Positions 1 through 10,453 are shown, counted from the first letter of the stretch. The stretch is DNA of 64,000 bases from Candidatus Kerfeldbacteria bacterium CG15_BIG_FIL_POST_REV_8_21_14_020_45_12 (GCA_002781785.1 PFGC01000037.1:13589-77588), one strand, 5' to 3'. Program-made: numbers and translations. Notes: generated from the letters alone by a model not told the origin.

Positions 1-348
1 TTGAACGGAGCAGAAATTGCCAGAACCGAAAAAGTTTCTCAGGGGCGTTTGCCATTGCATACCTTGAGAGCAAACATCGACTACAGTCGAGGTATTGCAA
101 AAACTATTTATGGTGTGATCGGAATTAAGGTTTGGGTATATTCTGGAGAAAGTTTTGGAAATGAAGAGGAAGAGGAAGTAAAACCCAAGAAGAGTCGACG
201 GCCACAGCAGAGAAAGCGTAAGAAAAGTGCCTATAAGCCAGATGCAGGGGATAAGACGGCAACAATTTTACGTAAGAAAGTTGATGTAGAGAAAGAGAAG
301 GCTGAGAAGATAGTGCCAGTTGTTCCGAGTGAAGAAACAAATTCCTGA
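1..348 (+). CDS. rpsC: 30S ribosomal protein S3, C-terminal fragment (5' end lies upstream of the window)
   Basis: Translation [10 protein letters not shown]... followed by a K/E-rich tail, as at the S3 C-terminus. It sits immediately upstream of rplP, in the conserved order. Confidence 0.8.
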   Translation: MNGAEIARTEKVSQGRLPLHTLRANIDYSRGIAKTIYGVIGIKVWVYSGESFGNEEEEEVKPKKSRRPQQRKRKKSAYKPDAGDKTATILRKKVDVEKEKAEKIVPVVPSEETNS

Positions 349-364
349 TAGTCACTTTTGACCT

Positions 365-784
365 ATGATGATCCCAAGAAAAGTTAAACATAGAAAGTGG
401 CATAATAAGCCGCTGACAGGAAGTCAGGTTGCTGGACGCAAGACGACCATTGCTTTTTGTGAGTACGCGCTTAAGAGTCTTGAGGCTTCTCGGATCACTG
501 CTCGTCAGTTAGAGGCTGCTCGTAGAGCCATGACTAGGTTTGTTCAGCGTGGTGGTAAGATCTGGATCCGTATTTTTCCGCAGCGTCCAGTTACTCTCAA
601 GGGTGGTGAAATTCGCATGGGTGGAGGTAAGGGTGCTGTAGATCATTATGTGGCTCACATCAAGCCAGGAACAATATTGTTTGAGATTGATGGTGTAACA
701 GAGGAGCAGGCGCGTGAAGCCATGCGTTTGGCAGCACATAAGTTACCAGTGAAGACTAAGTTTTTGAGCAAGCATACATCTTAA
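365..784 (+). CDS. rplP: 50S ribosomal protein L16
   Basis: 139 aa; [11 protein letters not shown]...[10 protein letters not shown]...RMGGGKG matches the L16 signature. Confidence 0.95.
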   Translation: MMIPRKVKHRKWHNKPLTGSQVAGRKTTIAFCEYALKSLEASRITARQLEAARRAMTRFVQRGGKIWIRIFPQRPVTLKGGEIRMGGGKGAVDHYVAHIKPGTILFEIDGVTEEQAREAMRLAAHKLPVKTKFLSKHTS

Positions 785-788
785 GCAT

Positions 789-983
789 ATGGAAACTCAC
801 GAGTTGATGAAAAAAACACCAGCAGACCTTGCCAAGATGATTGGAAGCGGTCGCGAAGAGTTGCGCCAGTTGCGATTTGAGGTGGCTAACTTGTCTCAAA
901 AAGATGTCAGACGTGTACGAAAGCTGCGCAAAGACATCGCGAGAATGCAAACTGTGCTAACTGTCTTAACCACTACTGCCTAA
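789..983 (+). CDS. rpmC: 50S ribosomal protein L29
   Basis: 64 aa helical K/R-rich protein in the L16-L29-S17 order. Confidence 0.9.
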   Translation: METHELMKKTPADLAKMIGSGREELRQLRFEVANLSQKDVRRVRKLRKDIARMQTVLTVLTTTA

Positions 984-984
984 A

Positions 985-1278
985 TTGACGATTATGACTG
1001 ATGATAAGAAAACAACTGAGGCACGACCAAAGCTGATTCGCCGCTTTAAGGGAGTTGTGGTTTCTGACGTAAATGACCAAACTATTGTTGTGAAGGTTGA
1101 ACGTCGGTTGCGTCACAAGTTGTATGGTAAGCTGTACAGCCGATCACGGAAGTTTCATGTTCATGATCCAAAGAACCAATATGTAATAGGGGATAAGGTG
1201 GAATTCATGGCTTGCAGACCAATGAGCAAGTTAAAGCGATGGCGCGTTATTTATACAGGTGAGAAGGTAGGAGAATAA
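985..1278 (+). CDS. rpsQ: 30S ribosomal protein S17
   Basis: 97 aa; GVVVSDVNDQTIVVKVERR...HDPKN...GDKV OB-fold signature. Confidence 0.9.
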   Translation: MTIMTDDKKTTEARPKLIRRFKGVVVSDVNDQTIVVKVERRLRHKLYGKLYSRSRKFHVHDPKNQYVIGDKVEFMACRPMSKLKRWRVIYTGEKVGE

Positions 1279-1293
1279 ACTCGATATAGAACT

Positions 1294-1662
1294 ATGATCC
1301 AAGTAGAGTCAAAACTGAAAGTAGCAGACAACAGCGGCGCCCGTATGGTGAAGTGTATTAAGGTACTTAAAGGCTACAAGCGCCGGTATGCTCGTATTGG
1401 AGATGTTATAGTTGTTACTGTAAAGCTGGCTCAGCCACACGCCACTGTGAAGAAGAGTGAGGTGAAAAGAGCGGTCATTGTTCGCCAGAGAAAAGAAATG
1501 AGACGCAAGGACGGTACTTACATCAGATTTGGGGAAAATGCGTGTGTGATCATTGAGGCAAATGGTGAACCGGTAGGAACGCGTATTTTTGGACCAATCG
1601 GACGTGAGGTCAAGAATGCTGGTTATAATAAGATTGCATCATTAGCACCAGAAGTACTCTAA
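1294..1662 (+). CDS. rplN: 50S ribosomal protein L14
   Basis: 122 aa; [16 protein letters not shown]. Confidence 0.95.
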   Translation: MIQVESKLKVADNSGARMVKCIKVLKGYKRRYARIGDVIVVTVKLAQPHATVKKSEVKRAVIVRQRKEMRRKDGTYIRFGENACVIIEANGEPVGTRIFGPIGREVKNAGYNKIASLAPEVL

Positions 1663-1666
1663 GCGT

Positions 1667-2008
1667 ATGAAAGGAATAAAGAACACATTTAGAATAAAGG
1701 TTGGTGACAAGGTGCAAGTCATCGCTGGAGATGATAAGGGAAAAGTTGGAAAAGTCACTCAGGTCTTAGCCCAGGATGCTCTAGTAGTTGTGGAAGGGGT
1801 AAACCAGCGAGTGAAGCACTTGAAGTCTAGCCGGAAAGATGAAAAAGGACAGCGCATTGAGTTTTTTGGACCAATTCACATATCTAATGTCATGTTGGTT
1901 GATCCGGAAACTCAGAAGCCAACCCGAGTTGGAGCTGAAATTGTGAAAGGTGAAGATGGGAAAACCCGCAAGTTCCGTAAGAGTAAGAAATCTAAAGCCA
2001 CATTCTAG
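1667..2008 (+). CDS. rplX: 50S ribosomal protein L24
   Basis: 113 aa; KVGDKVQVIAGDDKGKVGKV KOW motif. Confidence 0.9.
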   Translation: MKGIKNTFRIKVGDKVQVIAGDDKGKVGKVTQVLAQDALVVVEGVNQRVKHLKSSRKDEKGQRIEFFGPIHISNVMLVDPETQKPTRVGAEIVKGEDGKTRKFRKSKKSKATF

Positions 2009-2010
2009 GT

Positions 2011-2568
2011 ATGAATCGATTGGCAGAAAAATACAAGAAGGAGGCGGTCCCAAAGCTGATTGAGCAGTTCTCAATTGGTAATGCCATTGCTGTACCTAAG
2101 ATTACTAAAATCGTGATCAACGCCGGTTTGAGTAAATCTATTCAAGATAGTGCGTATACTGACGCTGCGGTTGATGTGTTAACTCGAATTACCGGTCAAG
2201 CGCCGATCAAGACGCTGGCCCGTAAGTCGATTAGTAACTTTAAGATCAGGCAGGGTATGGTAGTTGGAGCTAAGGTAACTTTACGTGGAGAGCGAATGTG
2301 GGCATTCCTTGATAAGATGATCAATGTTACGCTCCCTCGAGTTAGAGATTTCCGTGGTCTTTCTCAAAAGGCCTTTGATGGACAGGGGAATTACTCAATC
2401 GGATTTAGAGAGCACAATGTGTTCCCTGAGATATCGACGGATGATGTTGAAAAGATTGTTGGTTTGGAAGCGAATATTGTTACAACGGCTGAAACAGATG
2501 AGCAAGCTAAGGCACTGTTGACGGCGTTGGGGTTCCCATTTGAAAAGATTGAAGACAAGAAGAAGTAG
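2011..2568 (+). CDS. rplE: 50S ribosomal protein L5
   Basis: 185 aa; in the conserved L24-L5-S14 order. Confidence 0.95.
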   Translation: MNRLAEKYKKEAVPKLIEQFSIGNAIAVPKITKIVINAGLSKSIQDSAYTDAAVDVLTRITGQAPIKTLARKSISNFKIRQGMVVGAKVTLRGERMWAFLDKMINVTLPRVRDFRGLSQKAFDGQGNYSIGFREHNVFPEISTDDVEKIVGLEANIVTTAETDEQAKALLTALGFPFEKIEDKKK

Positions 2569-2574
2569 ATATAT

Positions 2575-2769
2575 ATGGCAAAGAAATCACAGATAATCAA
2601 ATCACAACGATCACGTCGGAACGCCAAGTTCTCGACACGTATTGTTCGTCGTTGCTGGAAGTGCGGTCGAGATAAGGGATACATGAGAGATTTCGACCTC
2701 TGCCGTATCTGCTTCCGCGAGCTCGCGGCTAAGGGAGCGATTCCGGGAATAAAGAAATCAAGTTGGTAA
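2575..2769 (+). CDS. rpsZ: 30S ribosomal protein S14 type Z (zinc-binding)
   Basis: 64 aa; CWKCGR...CRICFRE is the CxxC...CxxC zinc ribbon. Confidence 0.9.
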   Translation: MAKKSQIIKSQRSRRNAKFSTRIVRRCWKCGRDKGYMRDFDLCRICFRELAAKGAIPGIKKSSW

Positions 2770-2778
2770 CCCCAGGCT

Positions 2779-3174
2779 ATGACAGATCCAATTGCAGACA
2801 TGTTAACACGCATCAGAAACGCCCAGGCCGCGAAGAAGCCTGAGGTATTGATGCCTTACTCAAAACTAAAGCACACGTTGGCTGATATTTTAGCAACCGA
2901 AGGTTTTATTTCCTCGGTATCAGTGGACGACGGTGAAGGTAGTGTAAAGAAAATGCTTACACTAGGCCTAAAATATAGTGGAGGAAAGCCAGTTATTCGT
3001 CGAATCGATAGAATTTCGACTCCTGGACGTCGAGTTTATGTAGGCGTGAAGAAGCTGCCGTATGTTTTCGATAACTTGGGCATTGCTATCATTTCTACCT
3101 CAAAAGGTTTAATGAGCAATAAGCAAGCACGTAAAGAGCGCATGGGCGGTGAAGTAATTTGTGAAGTGTTCTAA
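2779..3174 (+). CDS. rpsH: 30S ribosomal protein S8
   Basis: 131 aa; MTDPIADMLTRIRNA. Confidence 0.95.
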   Translation: MTDPIADMLTRIRNAQAAKKPEVLMPYSKLKHTLADILATEGFISSVSVDDGEGSVKKMLTLGLKYSGGKPVIRRIDRISTPGRRVYVGVKKLPYVFDNLGIAIISTSKGLMSNKQARKERMGGEVICEVF

Positions 3175-3179
3175 TCTCT

Positions 3180-3725
3180 ATGTCACGTATTGGAAAACAA
3201 CCTATTGCTATCCCAGATAAAGTTACCGTTGAGGTAAAAGGTGGATTGATTGTAGTTAAAGGACCGAAGGGCGAACTATCTGAGTCGGTTCATTCATGCA
3301 CAACCGTAACGATTACTGAGGCTGGAGTTGAGGTCGCCATTGCTGATCTAAGCGAAAAGTCACAACGATCGATGTGGGGAACTATGGCTGCCTTAATTAG
3401 AAATATGATTATTGGTGTCACAGATGGTTTTACCCGTAAACTAGAGATTAATGGAGTTGGATATGGTTGGCAGGTATCAGGAAAGAAGCTGACGGTAAAG
3501 GCCGGCTATTCACACCCAATTGATGTTACATTGCCAGAGGGAATTGATGCTTCTGCAGAAGGAAACGTACTGACAATTTCTGGAATCAACAAGCAGTTAG
3601 TTGGTGAGGTAGCGGCAAATATTAGAAAAATTCGCACCCCAGAACCATATAAGGGTTCTGGAATTAAGTATGATGATGAACAGATCCGTCGCAAGGCTGG
3701 CAAGCAGGCTGGCGGTGACGCATAA
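3180..3725 (+). CDS. rplF: 50S ribosomal protein L6
   Basis: 181 aa; [14 protein letters not shown]. Confidence 0.95.
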   Translation: MSRIGKQPIAIPDKVTVEVKGGLIVVKGPKGELSESVHSCTTVTITEAGVEVAIADLSEKSQRSMWGTMAALIRNMIIGVTDGFTRKLEINGVGYGWQVSGKKLTVKAGYSHPIDVTLPEGIDASAEGNVLTISGINKQLVGEVAANIRKIRTPEPYKGSGIKYDDEQIRRKAGKQAGGDA

Positions 3726-3733
3726 GGAAGACT

Positions 3734-4081
3734 ATGAGTATTGCACAAAAAAAACGAATGTCTCGAGGTCGACGCGCTCATCGAACGCGATCGCGATTCC
3801 ATGGTACAGCAGAGCGACCTCGCCTGTCTGTATTCCGATCTAACTTGCATATTTCTGCACAAGTTATTGATGATGTGTCCGGTGTAACCGTGGCGCAAGC
3901 TGATGACCGTGATTTAACTGGAACCAAGCGAGAAATTGCTCTAGCTGTTGGAAAGAGAATAGCTGAGGTGGCTAAAGCCAAGGGGATTGAAAGCATCGTC
4001 TTTGATCGCGGTGGTTATTTATATCATGGACGAGTCAAGGCATTAGCCGATGGAGCTCGTGAAGGCGGTTTGAAATTTTAA
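3734..4081 (+). CDS. rplR: 50S ribosomal protein L18
   Basis: 115 aa; [16 protein letters not shown]...FDRGGY.YHGRV. Confidence 0.9.
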   Translation: MSIAQKKRMSRGRRAHRTRSRFHGTAERPRLSVFRSNLHISAQVIDDVSGVTVAQADDRDLTGTKREIALAVGKRIAEVAKAKGIESIVFDRGGYLYHGRVKALADGAREGGLKF

Positions 4082-4089
4082 GCACGATT

Positions 4090-4755
4090 ATGGCAGATAA
4101 CACGGAAGAAAAAAAAGTGACAACACCAGCGGAGAGCAAGAAGACTGTTGCCGCACCAGCAGCCAAGGCTGTTCAGGCTACCCCACGAAGTGGTGGAGGT
4201 AATAATAGAGGTGGTGGTCGCAATAATAGCAGCAACGATGGTGGAGATCGCGGAAATCGCAAACGCGGTGGACGCCGTAGACGAACTGATAAGCCGCAGG
4301 AGGAATTCGAATCCAAGATAGTTGATTTGGCTCGTGTTACTCGTGTGATGGCTGGAGGTAAACGAATGAGCTTTAGGGCTTGCGTCATCATCGGAGACAA
4401 AAAAGGACGTGTAGCCATGGGCGTAAAAAAAGGAGCTGATGTTCAATTAGCAGTTCAGAAGGCAACTGATTATGCAAAGAAGCACTTGATTCATGTTCCG
4501 ATTGTTGCTGGCACTATCCCCCATACTATCGAAAGTAAATTTAAGGGAGCTAAGGTACTAATCAAACCAGCCAAGGCTGGTACTGGAATTATTGCCGGTG
4601 GTCCAATGCGTGTAGCTCTTGAAATGGCTGGAGTGCATAATGCAGTTGCTAAAATGAAGGGTTCAAATAATAAGATCAACAATCTCACCGCAGTATTGAA
4701 TGCCCTTGATGAATTGCGAACCGCAGAAGAGATTTCCAAGTTAACAAAGAACTAG
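4090..4755 (+). CDS. rpsE: 30S ribosomal protein S5, with a G/R-rich N-terminal extension
   Basis: 221 aa; the S5 core (VTRVMAGGKRMSFRA...GTGIIAGG) follows an N-terminal low-complexity GGRNN/RRR tail. Confidence 0.9.
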   Translation: MADNTEEKKVTTPAESKKTVAAPAAKAVQATPRSGGGNNRGGGRNNSSNDGGDRGNRKRGGRRRRTDKPQEEFESKIVDLARVTRVMAGGKRMSFRACVIIGDKKGRVAMGVKKGADVQLAVQKATDYAKKHLIHVPIVAGTIPHTIESKFKGAKVLIKPAKAGTGIIAGGPMRVALEMAGVHNAVAKMKGSNNKINNLTAVLNALDELRTAEEISKLTKN

Positions 4756-4756
4756 T

Positions 4757-5266
4757 ATGTTGTCCGCATCACAACTTCCAAAAACACCAGGGCGAAAGAA
4801 AAAACGTGTTGGTCGTGGAGATTCAAGTAGTGGAAACTACTCTGGTCGCGGTATGAAGGGGCAGAGATCCCGTTCTGGCGGTAAGGGTGGTTTGAAATTG
4901 CGTGGTTTGAAGCAAAGCATGATGGCGGCTCCAAAGAAAAAAGGTTTTAGCCCTCGTTATCCCGCTTCTCAAATTGTTAATCTTACAGAGCTCGATAAGC
5001 ACTTTACAGCTGGCGCTGAAGTAAACGCTGCTGTATTGTATGAGAAGGATTTGGTTGTTAGTCCGTTTAAGGCGATCAAAATTCTTGGTGATGGAAAGTT
5101 GACAAAGAAGCTGTCAATTAAAGTACAAGCAGCATCTAAGAGTGCTCAAGAGGCTATTACTGCTGCTGGAGGAGAGTTCGAGGCTATTCCACTGCCTGGA
5201 CGACAAAAGAAAACACTGTCAGATAAAGCCAAGGTAAAAGCCAAAGCGAAGCCATCGGCTTCATAG
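4757..5266 (+). CDS. rplO: 50S ribosomal protein L15
   Basis: 169 aa; glycine-rich N-terminus (GRGxxSGxGK). It directly follows S5, with no L30 gene between them. Confidence 0.9.
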   Translation: MLSASQLPKTPGRKKKRVGRGDSSSGNYSGRGMKGQRSRSGGKGGLKLRGLKQSMMAAPKKKGFSPRYPASQIVNLTELDKHFTAGAEVNAAVLYEKDLVVSPFKAIKILGDGKLTKKLSIKVQAASKSAQEAITAAGGEFEAIPLPGRQKKTLSDKAKVKAKAKPSAS

Positions 5267-5296
5267 AGTTACGTTCATCAATTAGGGGGGAGCTCC

Positions 5297-6571
5297 ATGC
5301 TTGATAAACTCAAACAAATTTGGAAGTCTAAGGATCTGCGCTCAAAGATGCTGTTCGTTGGTTTTATGATGGTTATTTTCCGAGTAGCGGCACACATTCC
5401 GATTCCGGGAGTAAACGCAGGTGCTCTCCAGACTCTATTTGCTCAAAATCAAGTATTAGGACTCTTCAATGTATTTTCTGGTGGTGCTCTGGAGAATTTT
5501 TCAATTGTCATGCTTGGCGTTGGGCCGTATATTACAGCTTCGATTATCTTTCAGTTGCTTCAGCTAGTCGTTCCGAAAATTGAAGATCTAGCGAAGGAAG
5601 GTGGATCGGGACAAAATAAAATCAATACCTATACACGTTATCTAACAGTGCCCCTGGCAGTTCTACAGGGCTACGGAACTATAACCTTGTTACAAAGCGC
5701 TTCTGGAGCTTCAATTCTTGATTCAAATTTTACGATATTAAACTGGATTGTGGCTTTGACAGTAGTGACTGCTGGTTCGATATTTTTAATGTGGATTGGT
5801 GAGTTGATTACCGAAAAAAATATAGGAAACGGTGTTTCGCTACTAATCTTTGCTGGTATAATCGCGGGAATGCCATCTAGTTTGCAAAACGTTTTTGTAA
5901 ATTTTGATGCCTCTCAACTGCCTCAATTACTTGGATTTGCCGTTATTGCACTACTGACAATCATTGGTGTTGTATTTATTACTGAAGGACAACGTAATAT
6001 TCCCATCTCTCACGCGCGCCACCATTCTGCTGAGGGTCAGAAGAGTTATCTGCCGATTCGCGTAAATCAAGCTGGTGTTATTCCTATTATCTTTGCGGTT
6101 TCTTTAGTCCTGGCTCCAGGCTTTATAGGTCAATTTGCTATTCAGAGTGGCGTGGTCTGGTTGGTAGGTCCTGGTCAGTGGTTAGTTGATACTTTTAATA
6201 ATCAAATTGTTTACGGTGCCGCTTACTTCTTACTAGTCTTCATTTTTACATATTTCTACACGGCGGTTATCTTTCATCCTGATCGAATTGCCGAGAATCT
6301 TCAGCGTGGAGGTAGTTTTGTTCCAGGAGTTCGTCCAGGCACGGATACACAGATGTATTTAAAGCAGGTATCAAATAGAATTTTGTTGGCCGGCGCGCTG
6401 TTTTTGGGAGCAATTGCAGTCTTGCCTTTAGTCTTGCAAGCGGCTGTATCAGGTTCATTGCAAAACCTAGCAATTGGAGGCACTAGTTTGTTGATTATTG
6501 TATCTGTAGCCATTGAAACGGTAAAACAAGTTGAAGCTCAACTCTTGTTACGTGATTACGACAAGTTTTGA
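5297..6571 (+). CDS. secY: Preprotein translocase subunit SecY
   Basis: 424 aa polytopic membrane protein after rplO; GVNAG...NVFSGGALE is conserved SecY. Confidence 0.95.
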   Translation: MLDKLKQIWKSKDLRSKMLFVGFMMVIFRVAAHIPIPGVNAGALQTLFAQNQVLGLFNVFSGGALENFSIVMLGVGPYITASIIFQLLQLVVPKIEDLAKEGGSGQNKINTYTRYLTVPLAVLQGYGTITLLQSASGASILDSNFTILNWIVALTVVTAGSIFLMWIGELITEKNIGNGVSLLIFAGIIAGMPSSLQNVFVNFDASQLPQLLGFAVIALLTIIGVVFITEGQRNIPISHARHHSAEGQKSYLPIRVNQAGVIPIIFAVSLVLAPGFIGQFAIQSGVVWLVGPGQWLVDTFNNQIVYGAAYFLLVFIFTYFYTAVIFHPDRIAENLQRGGSFVPGVRPGTDTQMYLKQVSNRILLAGALFLGAIAVLPLVLQAAVSGSLQNLAIGGTSLLIIVSVAIETVKQVEAQLLLRDYDKF

Positions 6572-7236
6572 TAACATCTTCAGCCATGGTTGACGAAACA
6601 ACACCGAAAAAAATTTGTTTGTTTGGCCCTCAGGGTTCTGGAAAAGGAACACAGGCTGAGCGATTGGTAGGTCTATTTGGTGTTCCGCATGTATCACCTG
6701 GTAATATTTTTAGACAGGCAGTTGCCGAGGGCTCTGAACTGGGTTTGAAAGTAGAGAGTATAATTAATTCGGGTTCATTAGTGCCTGACGAAGTTACCAA
6801 TCAGTTGGTCAAGGAGAGGCTTGAACTGGAAGACTGTTTGGATGGTTTTGTACTAGACGGGTATCCTCGAAACGAAGTTCAGGCAGTTGCTTTAGATGAG
6901 GTGTCTACATTGACTCATGTAATTGTTATAGAAATTCCTGATGAGGAGTCTATTTCTAGGATTTCTATGCGTCGAACTTGCAGTAATTGTGGCATGACAT
7001 ATCACTTGCAATCAAAGCCTTCTAAGGTAGAGGGTGTTTGTGATAGTTGTGGATCCGAATTGGTTCAGCGCGATGATGATAAGCCGGAGGCTATCAGGCA
7101 TAGACTTAATATCTATCACCAGGAAACTGAGCCGTTGATCAAAAGATACGAAGATCGTGGAGTGCTTCATAGAATTGATGGGCGCGGCTCAATTGATGCT
7201 GTTTGGGAAAGAGTGCAAAGCTGCTTTTTTTCATAA
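6568..7236 (+). CDS. adk: Adenylate kinase (Zn-lid type)
   Basis: P-loop GPQGSGKGTQA and lid cysteines CSNCG...CDSCG. Confidence 0.9.
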   Translation: MITSSAMVDETTPKKICLFGPQGSGKGTQAERLVGLFGVPHVSPGNIFRQAVAEGSELGLKVESIINSGSLVPDEVTNQLVKERLELEDCLDGFVLDGYPRNEVQAVALDEVSTLTHVIVIEIPDEESISRISMRRTCSNCGMTYHLQSKPSKVEGVCDSCGSELVQRDDDKPEAIRHRLNIYHQETEPLIKRYEDRGVLHRIDGRGSIDAVWERVQSCFFS

Positions 7237-7238
7237 AC

Positions 7239-7988
7239 ATGAGCTTAATTAAGACACCTGATGAGATTTTGATCCTGGTTGAGAGTGGGCGAATTTTGGC
7301 TGAGTCGGTGACTAAGGTGTTAAGTGTAGTAGAGTCAGGAGTAACTACTTCTGATCTTGATGATTTTTTTGTAGAGACAATTAGAAAGCTTGGTGCAAAG
7401 CCAGCATTTCTAGGATATAAGGGATACACCAAAACAATTTGCACATCGGTTAATGACCAAGTTGTTCACGCTATTCCTGGTAAAGTTACTTTGGCAGATG
7501 GTGATATTATTGGTGTAGATTGCGGAGTTGTTTTCGAGGGCATGTACACTGACATGGCCCGCACGGTGGCGGTTGGTAGCATCACTGACGAAGCACGTCG
7601 TTTGATTGAGGTTACTAAAGAGGCTCTGCAAGCAGGTATTCAGCAAATGATTGTTGGCAACACCGTGGGAGATATTAGCGCTGCTGTTCAGGCGGTAGGG
7701 GATCGTGAGAAACTTGGAATTGTACGCGATCTTGTAGGACATGGTGTGGGTCACGCCGTGCATGAGGAGCCAGCGGTCCCAAACTATGGAAGAGCTGGAA
7801 CTGGCCTACGTTTAGAGGTTGGAATGGTTTTAGCAGTTGAGCCAATGTTTACATTAGGCGGTGACGATGTCATCTTTGAAAAAGACGGATGGACTGTGAC
7901 AACAGCCGATGGTACACTGTCCGCACATTTCGAGGACACCATAGTCGTAACTGAAGCAGGTCCTCACATTGTAACCAAAACAGCATAA
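7239..7988 (+). CDS. map: Methionine aminopeptidase type I
   Basis: Metal ligands in DIIGVDCG, HGVGH and EPM context. The start is taken at the internal ATG (MSLIKTP) to avoid a 34-nt overlap with adk. Confidence 0.9.
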   Translation: MSLIKTPDEILILVESGRILAESVTKVLSVVESGVTTSDLDDFFVETIRKLGAKPAFLGYKGYTKTICTSVNDQVVHAIPGKVTLADGDIIGVDCGVVFEGMYTDMARTVAVGSITDEARRLIEVTKEALQAGIQQMIVGNTVGDISAAVQAVGDREKLGIVRDLVGHGVGHAVHEEPAVPNYGRAGTGLRLEVGMVLAVEPMFTLGGDDVIFEKDGWTVTTADGTLSAHFEDTIVVTEAGPHIVTKTA

Positions 7989-8392
7989 TGAAATACCTAG
8001 GAATGGATTATGGAACTAAGCGCACTGGCCTGTCTATTTCAGACGTGTCTGGGCGCGTTGCTGTTCTCAAGGAAACTATCGAGGAAGATAGTCAGGACAA
8101 GGTGATTGAAAGAATAAAAGAGATAGTAATTGATGATGATGTTGAGGCCGTAGTCATAGGATTGCCGGTGAACATGAATGGAGAGTCAACTGCGATGACG
8201 GAACAAGTTGAGCGATTTATTGAAAAATTGCGAAATCATTTGACGGTTCCTGTGCAAACAGCTGATGAGAGATTGACGACAGAGATGGCAAAAAAATTAC
8301 TTAGAGGGGTTAAAAAAGAAGAAAGAGATCAGGTGGCAGCGCAAATTCTTTTGCAGAATTTTCTTGACGAACAGAACGCATTAACAGAGTAG
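7988..8392 (+). CDS. ruvX: Holliday-junction resolvase-like pre-16S rRNA nuclease YqgF/RuvX
   Basis: 134 aa; LGMDYGTKRTGLSISD is the RNase H-like YqgF motif. Confidence 0.85.
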   Translation: MKYLGMDYGTKRTGLSISDVSGRVAVLKETIEEDSQDKVIERIKEIVIDDDVEAVVIGLPVNMNGESTAMTEQVERFIEKLRNHLTVPVQTADERLTTEMAKKLLRGVKKEERDQVAAQILLQNFLDEQNALTE

Positions 8393-8395
8393 ACC

Positions 8396-9478
8396 ATGCA
8401 GCAATTGCCGACCATGTTGGTGGTGAGTGGGTTGACGCTGCTGACGTCAATTGTCGCGACAATATTTGTTAGAGCAATGGCGAAGCGTTTTGATATTTTG
8501 GATAAGCCAGAGGAGGATCGAAAAAAACACCAATATCCAACGCCGCTATTAGGTGGTGTCGCGGTTATTTTTGCAGTAGCAGTAGGTCTAGTTTTCGCCT
8601 GGAGTTCTTTGATTGGAGGTTATCTATTGCCAAAGCATCTGGTAGGGTTTTTGGCGGCGGCTATGGTTTTGCTGGTTGGAGGCGTGCTAGATGATAGGTT
8701 AAATTTATCGCCGAAGAGACAAATTATTTTTCCAGTTTGTGCAGCGCTGATTGTTATGGCGTCAGGAATTGGCATCGATTACATATCAAATCCACTGGGT
8801 GGAGTATTTCGTTTTGATAGTTGGCAGCTGGAGATATTCCGATTTAATGGATTGCCTTATTTCATTACTGTTTGGGCAGATTTATTCACCTTTTTTTGGT
8901 TGTTAGGGATGATCTATACAACTAAGTTTTTGGATGGTTTGGATGGACTGACTTCCGGAGTTACTGTAATTGGCTCGCTTATTATAGCGGCCTTGTCTTT
9001 AACTGCGACGGTTTTTCAACCAGAAACCGCACTTTTGTCTTTAATTGTGGCAGCAGCGTTTTTAGGATTTTTAATATTTAATTGGAATCCTGCGTCAATT
9101 TTTTTGGGAGAGTCTGGTTCACTCTTTGCGGGCTTTTCGCTTGGCGTATTGGCAATTATTTCTGGAGGAAAAATTGCGACAGCATTACTGATTTTAGGAA
9201 TTCCAATTTTGGATGTAGCTTGGGTTATATTGCGTCGGTTGTTTTATCGTCGGTCACCGTTTTCTGCTGATCGAGGACACTTGCATTTGCGTTTGGTAGA
9301 CAGCGGCCTGTCAGTCAGGGTTGTGGTGATAGTACTATACGTTTTAACAATACTATTTGGCCTTAGTTCATTATTTTTGCAGTCACGGGCAAAAGTGTTA
9401 GCTTTGGTATTTTTGGGAGTTACGGTATTTTTTGTGGGCGGTGTCTTAATTCATTTTATAAGGAAGCGCGTTTCATGA
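8396..9478 (+). CDS. Glycosyltransferase family 4 polyprenyl-phosphate sugar-1-phosphate transferase (MraY/WecA family)
   Basis: 360 aa with 10+ TM segments; DDRLNLSP and NWNPASIFLGESGSLFAGF motifs. Confidence 0.75.
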   Translation: MQQLPTMLVVSGLTLLTSIVATIFVRAMAKRFDILDKPEEDRKKHQYPTPLLGGVAVIFAVAVGLVFAWSSLIGGYLLPKHLVGFLAAAMVLLVGGVLDDRLNLSPKRQIIFPVCAALIVMASGIGIDYISNPLGGVFRFDSWQLEIFRFNGLPYFITVWADLFTFFWLLGMIYTTKFLDGLDGLTSGVTVIGSLIIAALSLTATVFQPETALLSLIVAAAFLGFLIFNWNPASIFLGESGSLFAGFSLGVLAIISGGKIATALLILGIPILDVAWVILRRLFYRRSPFSADRGHLHLRLVDSGLSVRVVVIVLYVLTILFGLSSLFLQSRAKVLALVFLGVTVFFVGGVLIHFIRKRVS

Positions 9479-9936
9479 AACGTTTTTTGGTAATTGGAGT
9501 TATATTGTTAGTTCTAGGCATCGCGCTGCTTGTTTTTTTACAACAGTTTTATGTGGGTAAAAAAATGGCTAATGTGACTATTGGTGGTAGGTCATTTAGC
9601 CTTGAGGTAGCAGATACAGCTATAGAGCGATCAAGAGGATTACAGGGTAGAGCAGAGTTGGCCGATGGGAATGGAATGTTGTTTATTTTTAGTGAACCAG
9701 TGTCAGCTGATTTTTGGATGAAAGATACATTAATTCCACTTGATCTTATTTGGATTGCAGACGGCAAGGTTGCTGGAATTACTCCAGACGTGCAGCCGCA
9801 GCCGGGAGTGGGTGATGCTGAGCTTGAATTGTATAAGTCACCTGGGTTAGTGACGCAAGTGATTGAACTTAGTGCCGGGTCAGTAATGGACTTGGGGATA
9901 AAGGTAGGAGACCAGGTTTTGGTTGAGCTTCAATAA
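9475..9936 (+). CDS. DUF192-family secreted/membrane-anchored protein
   Basis: N-terminal TM, then a LFIFSEP...DFWMKDTLIPLDLIW core typical of DUF192. Confidence 0.55.
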   Translation: MKRFLVIGVILLVLGIALLVFLQQFYVGKKMANVTIGGRSFSLEVADTAIERSRGLQGRAELADGNGMLFIFSEPVSADFWMKDTLIPLDLIWIADGKVAGITPDVQPQPGVGDAELELYKSPGLVTQVIELSAGSVMDLGIKVGDQVLVELQ

Positions 9937-10019
9937 TATAGCTAATATTCGCGCATTCTTGACACTAATCGACGGTGCAGCTATACTGTGGTTCGCGTCT
10001 ATTATTGAATGTGACATAC

Positions 10020-10337
10020 ATGATCGCTGTTATTTCAACCGGTGGAAAGCAATACAAAGTTTCTGAGGGAGGCACCCTGAAAATCGAAAAACTTGAGGTA
10101 GAAGAAGGAAAGAATATTTCTTTTGATGAAGTTTTGTTGGTTTCAAAACCTGACGGTTCTGATGTAAAGCTTGGCACGCCAACGCTTGAGGGAGCCAAGG
10201 TCACGGCTAAAGTTTTGAAACAAGCCCGCGCCAAAAAAATCGAGGTTAGTAAGTTCAAGGCCAAGAGTCGTTACTCAAAAACTTACGGACACAGACAGCC
10301 ATATACTGAGGTAGAGATTACCAAAATTGCTGTTTAG
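10020..10337 (+). CDS. rplU: 50S ribosomal protein L21
   Basis: MIAVISTGGKQYKVSEG...; the start is taken at the internal ATG. No rpmA (L27) follows. Confidence 0.9.
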   Translation: MIAVISTGGKQYKVSEGGTLKIEKLEVEEGKNISFDEVLLVSKPDGSDVKLGTPTLEGAKVTAKVLKQARAKKIEVSKFKAKSRYSKTYGHRQPYTEVEITKIAV

Positions 10338-10349
10338 AAATCAGGATAC

Positions 10350-10380
10350 AAAAAAACTCCCGCTTAGACGGGAGTTTTTG
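10350..10380. terminator. Bidirectional rho-independent terminator
   Basis: AAAAAACTCCCG-cttaga-CGGGAGTTTTT between the convergent rplU and recR. Confidence 0.8.
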
Positions 10381-10453
10381 TTTACAAATTATTTTTTTGA
10401 TATATAGCGTTGTGGCTAATATCCATAACTTATAATGAATTCCAATATATTTG

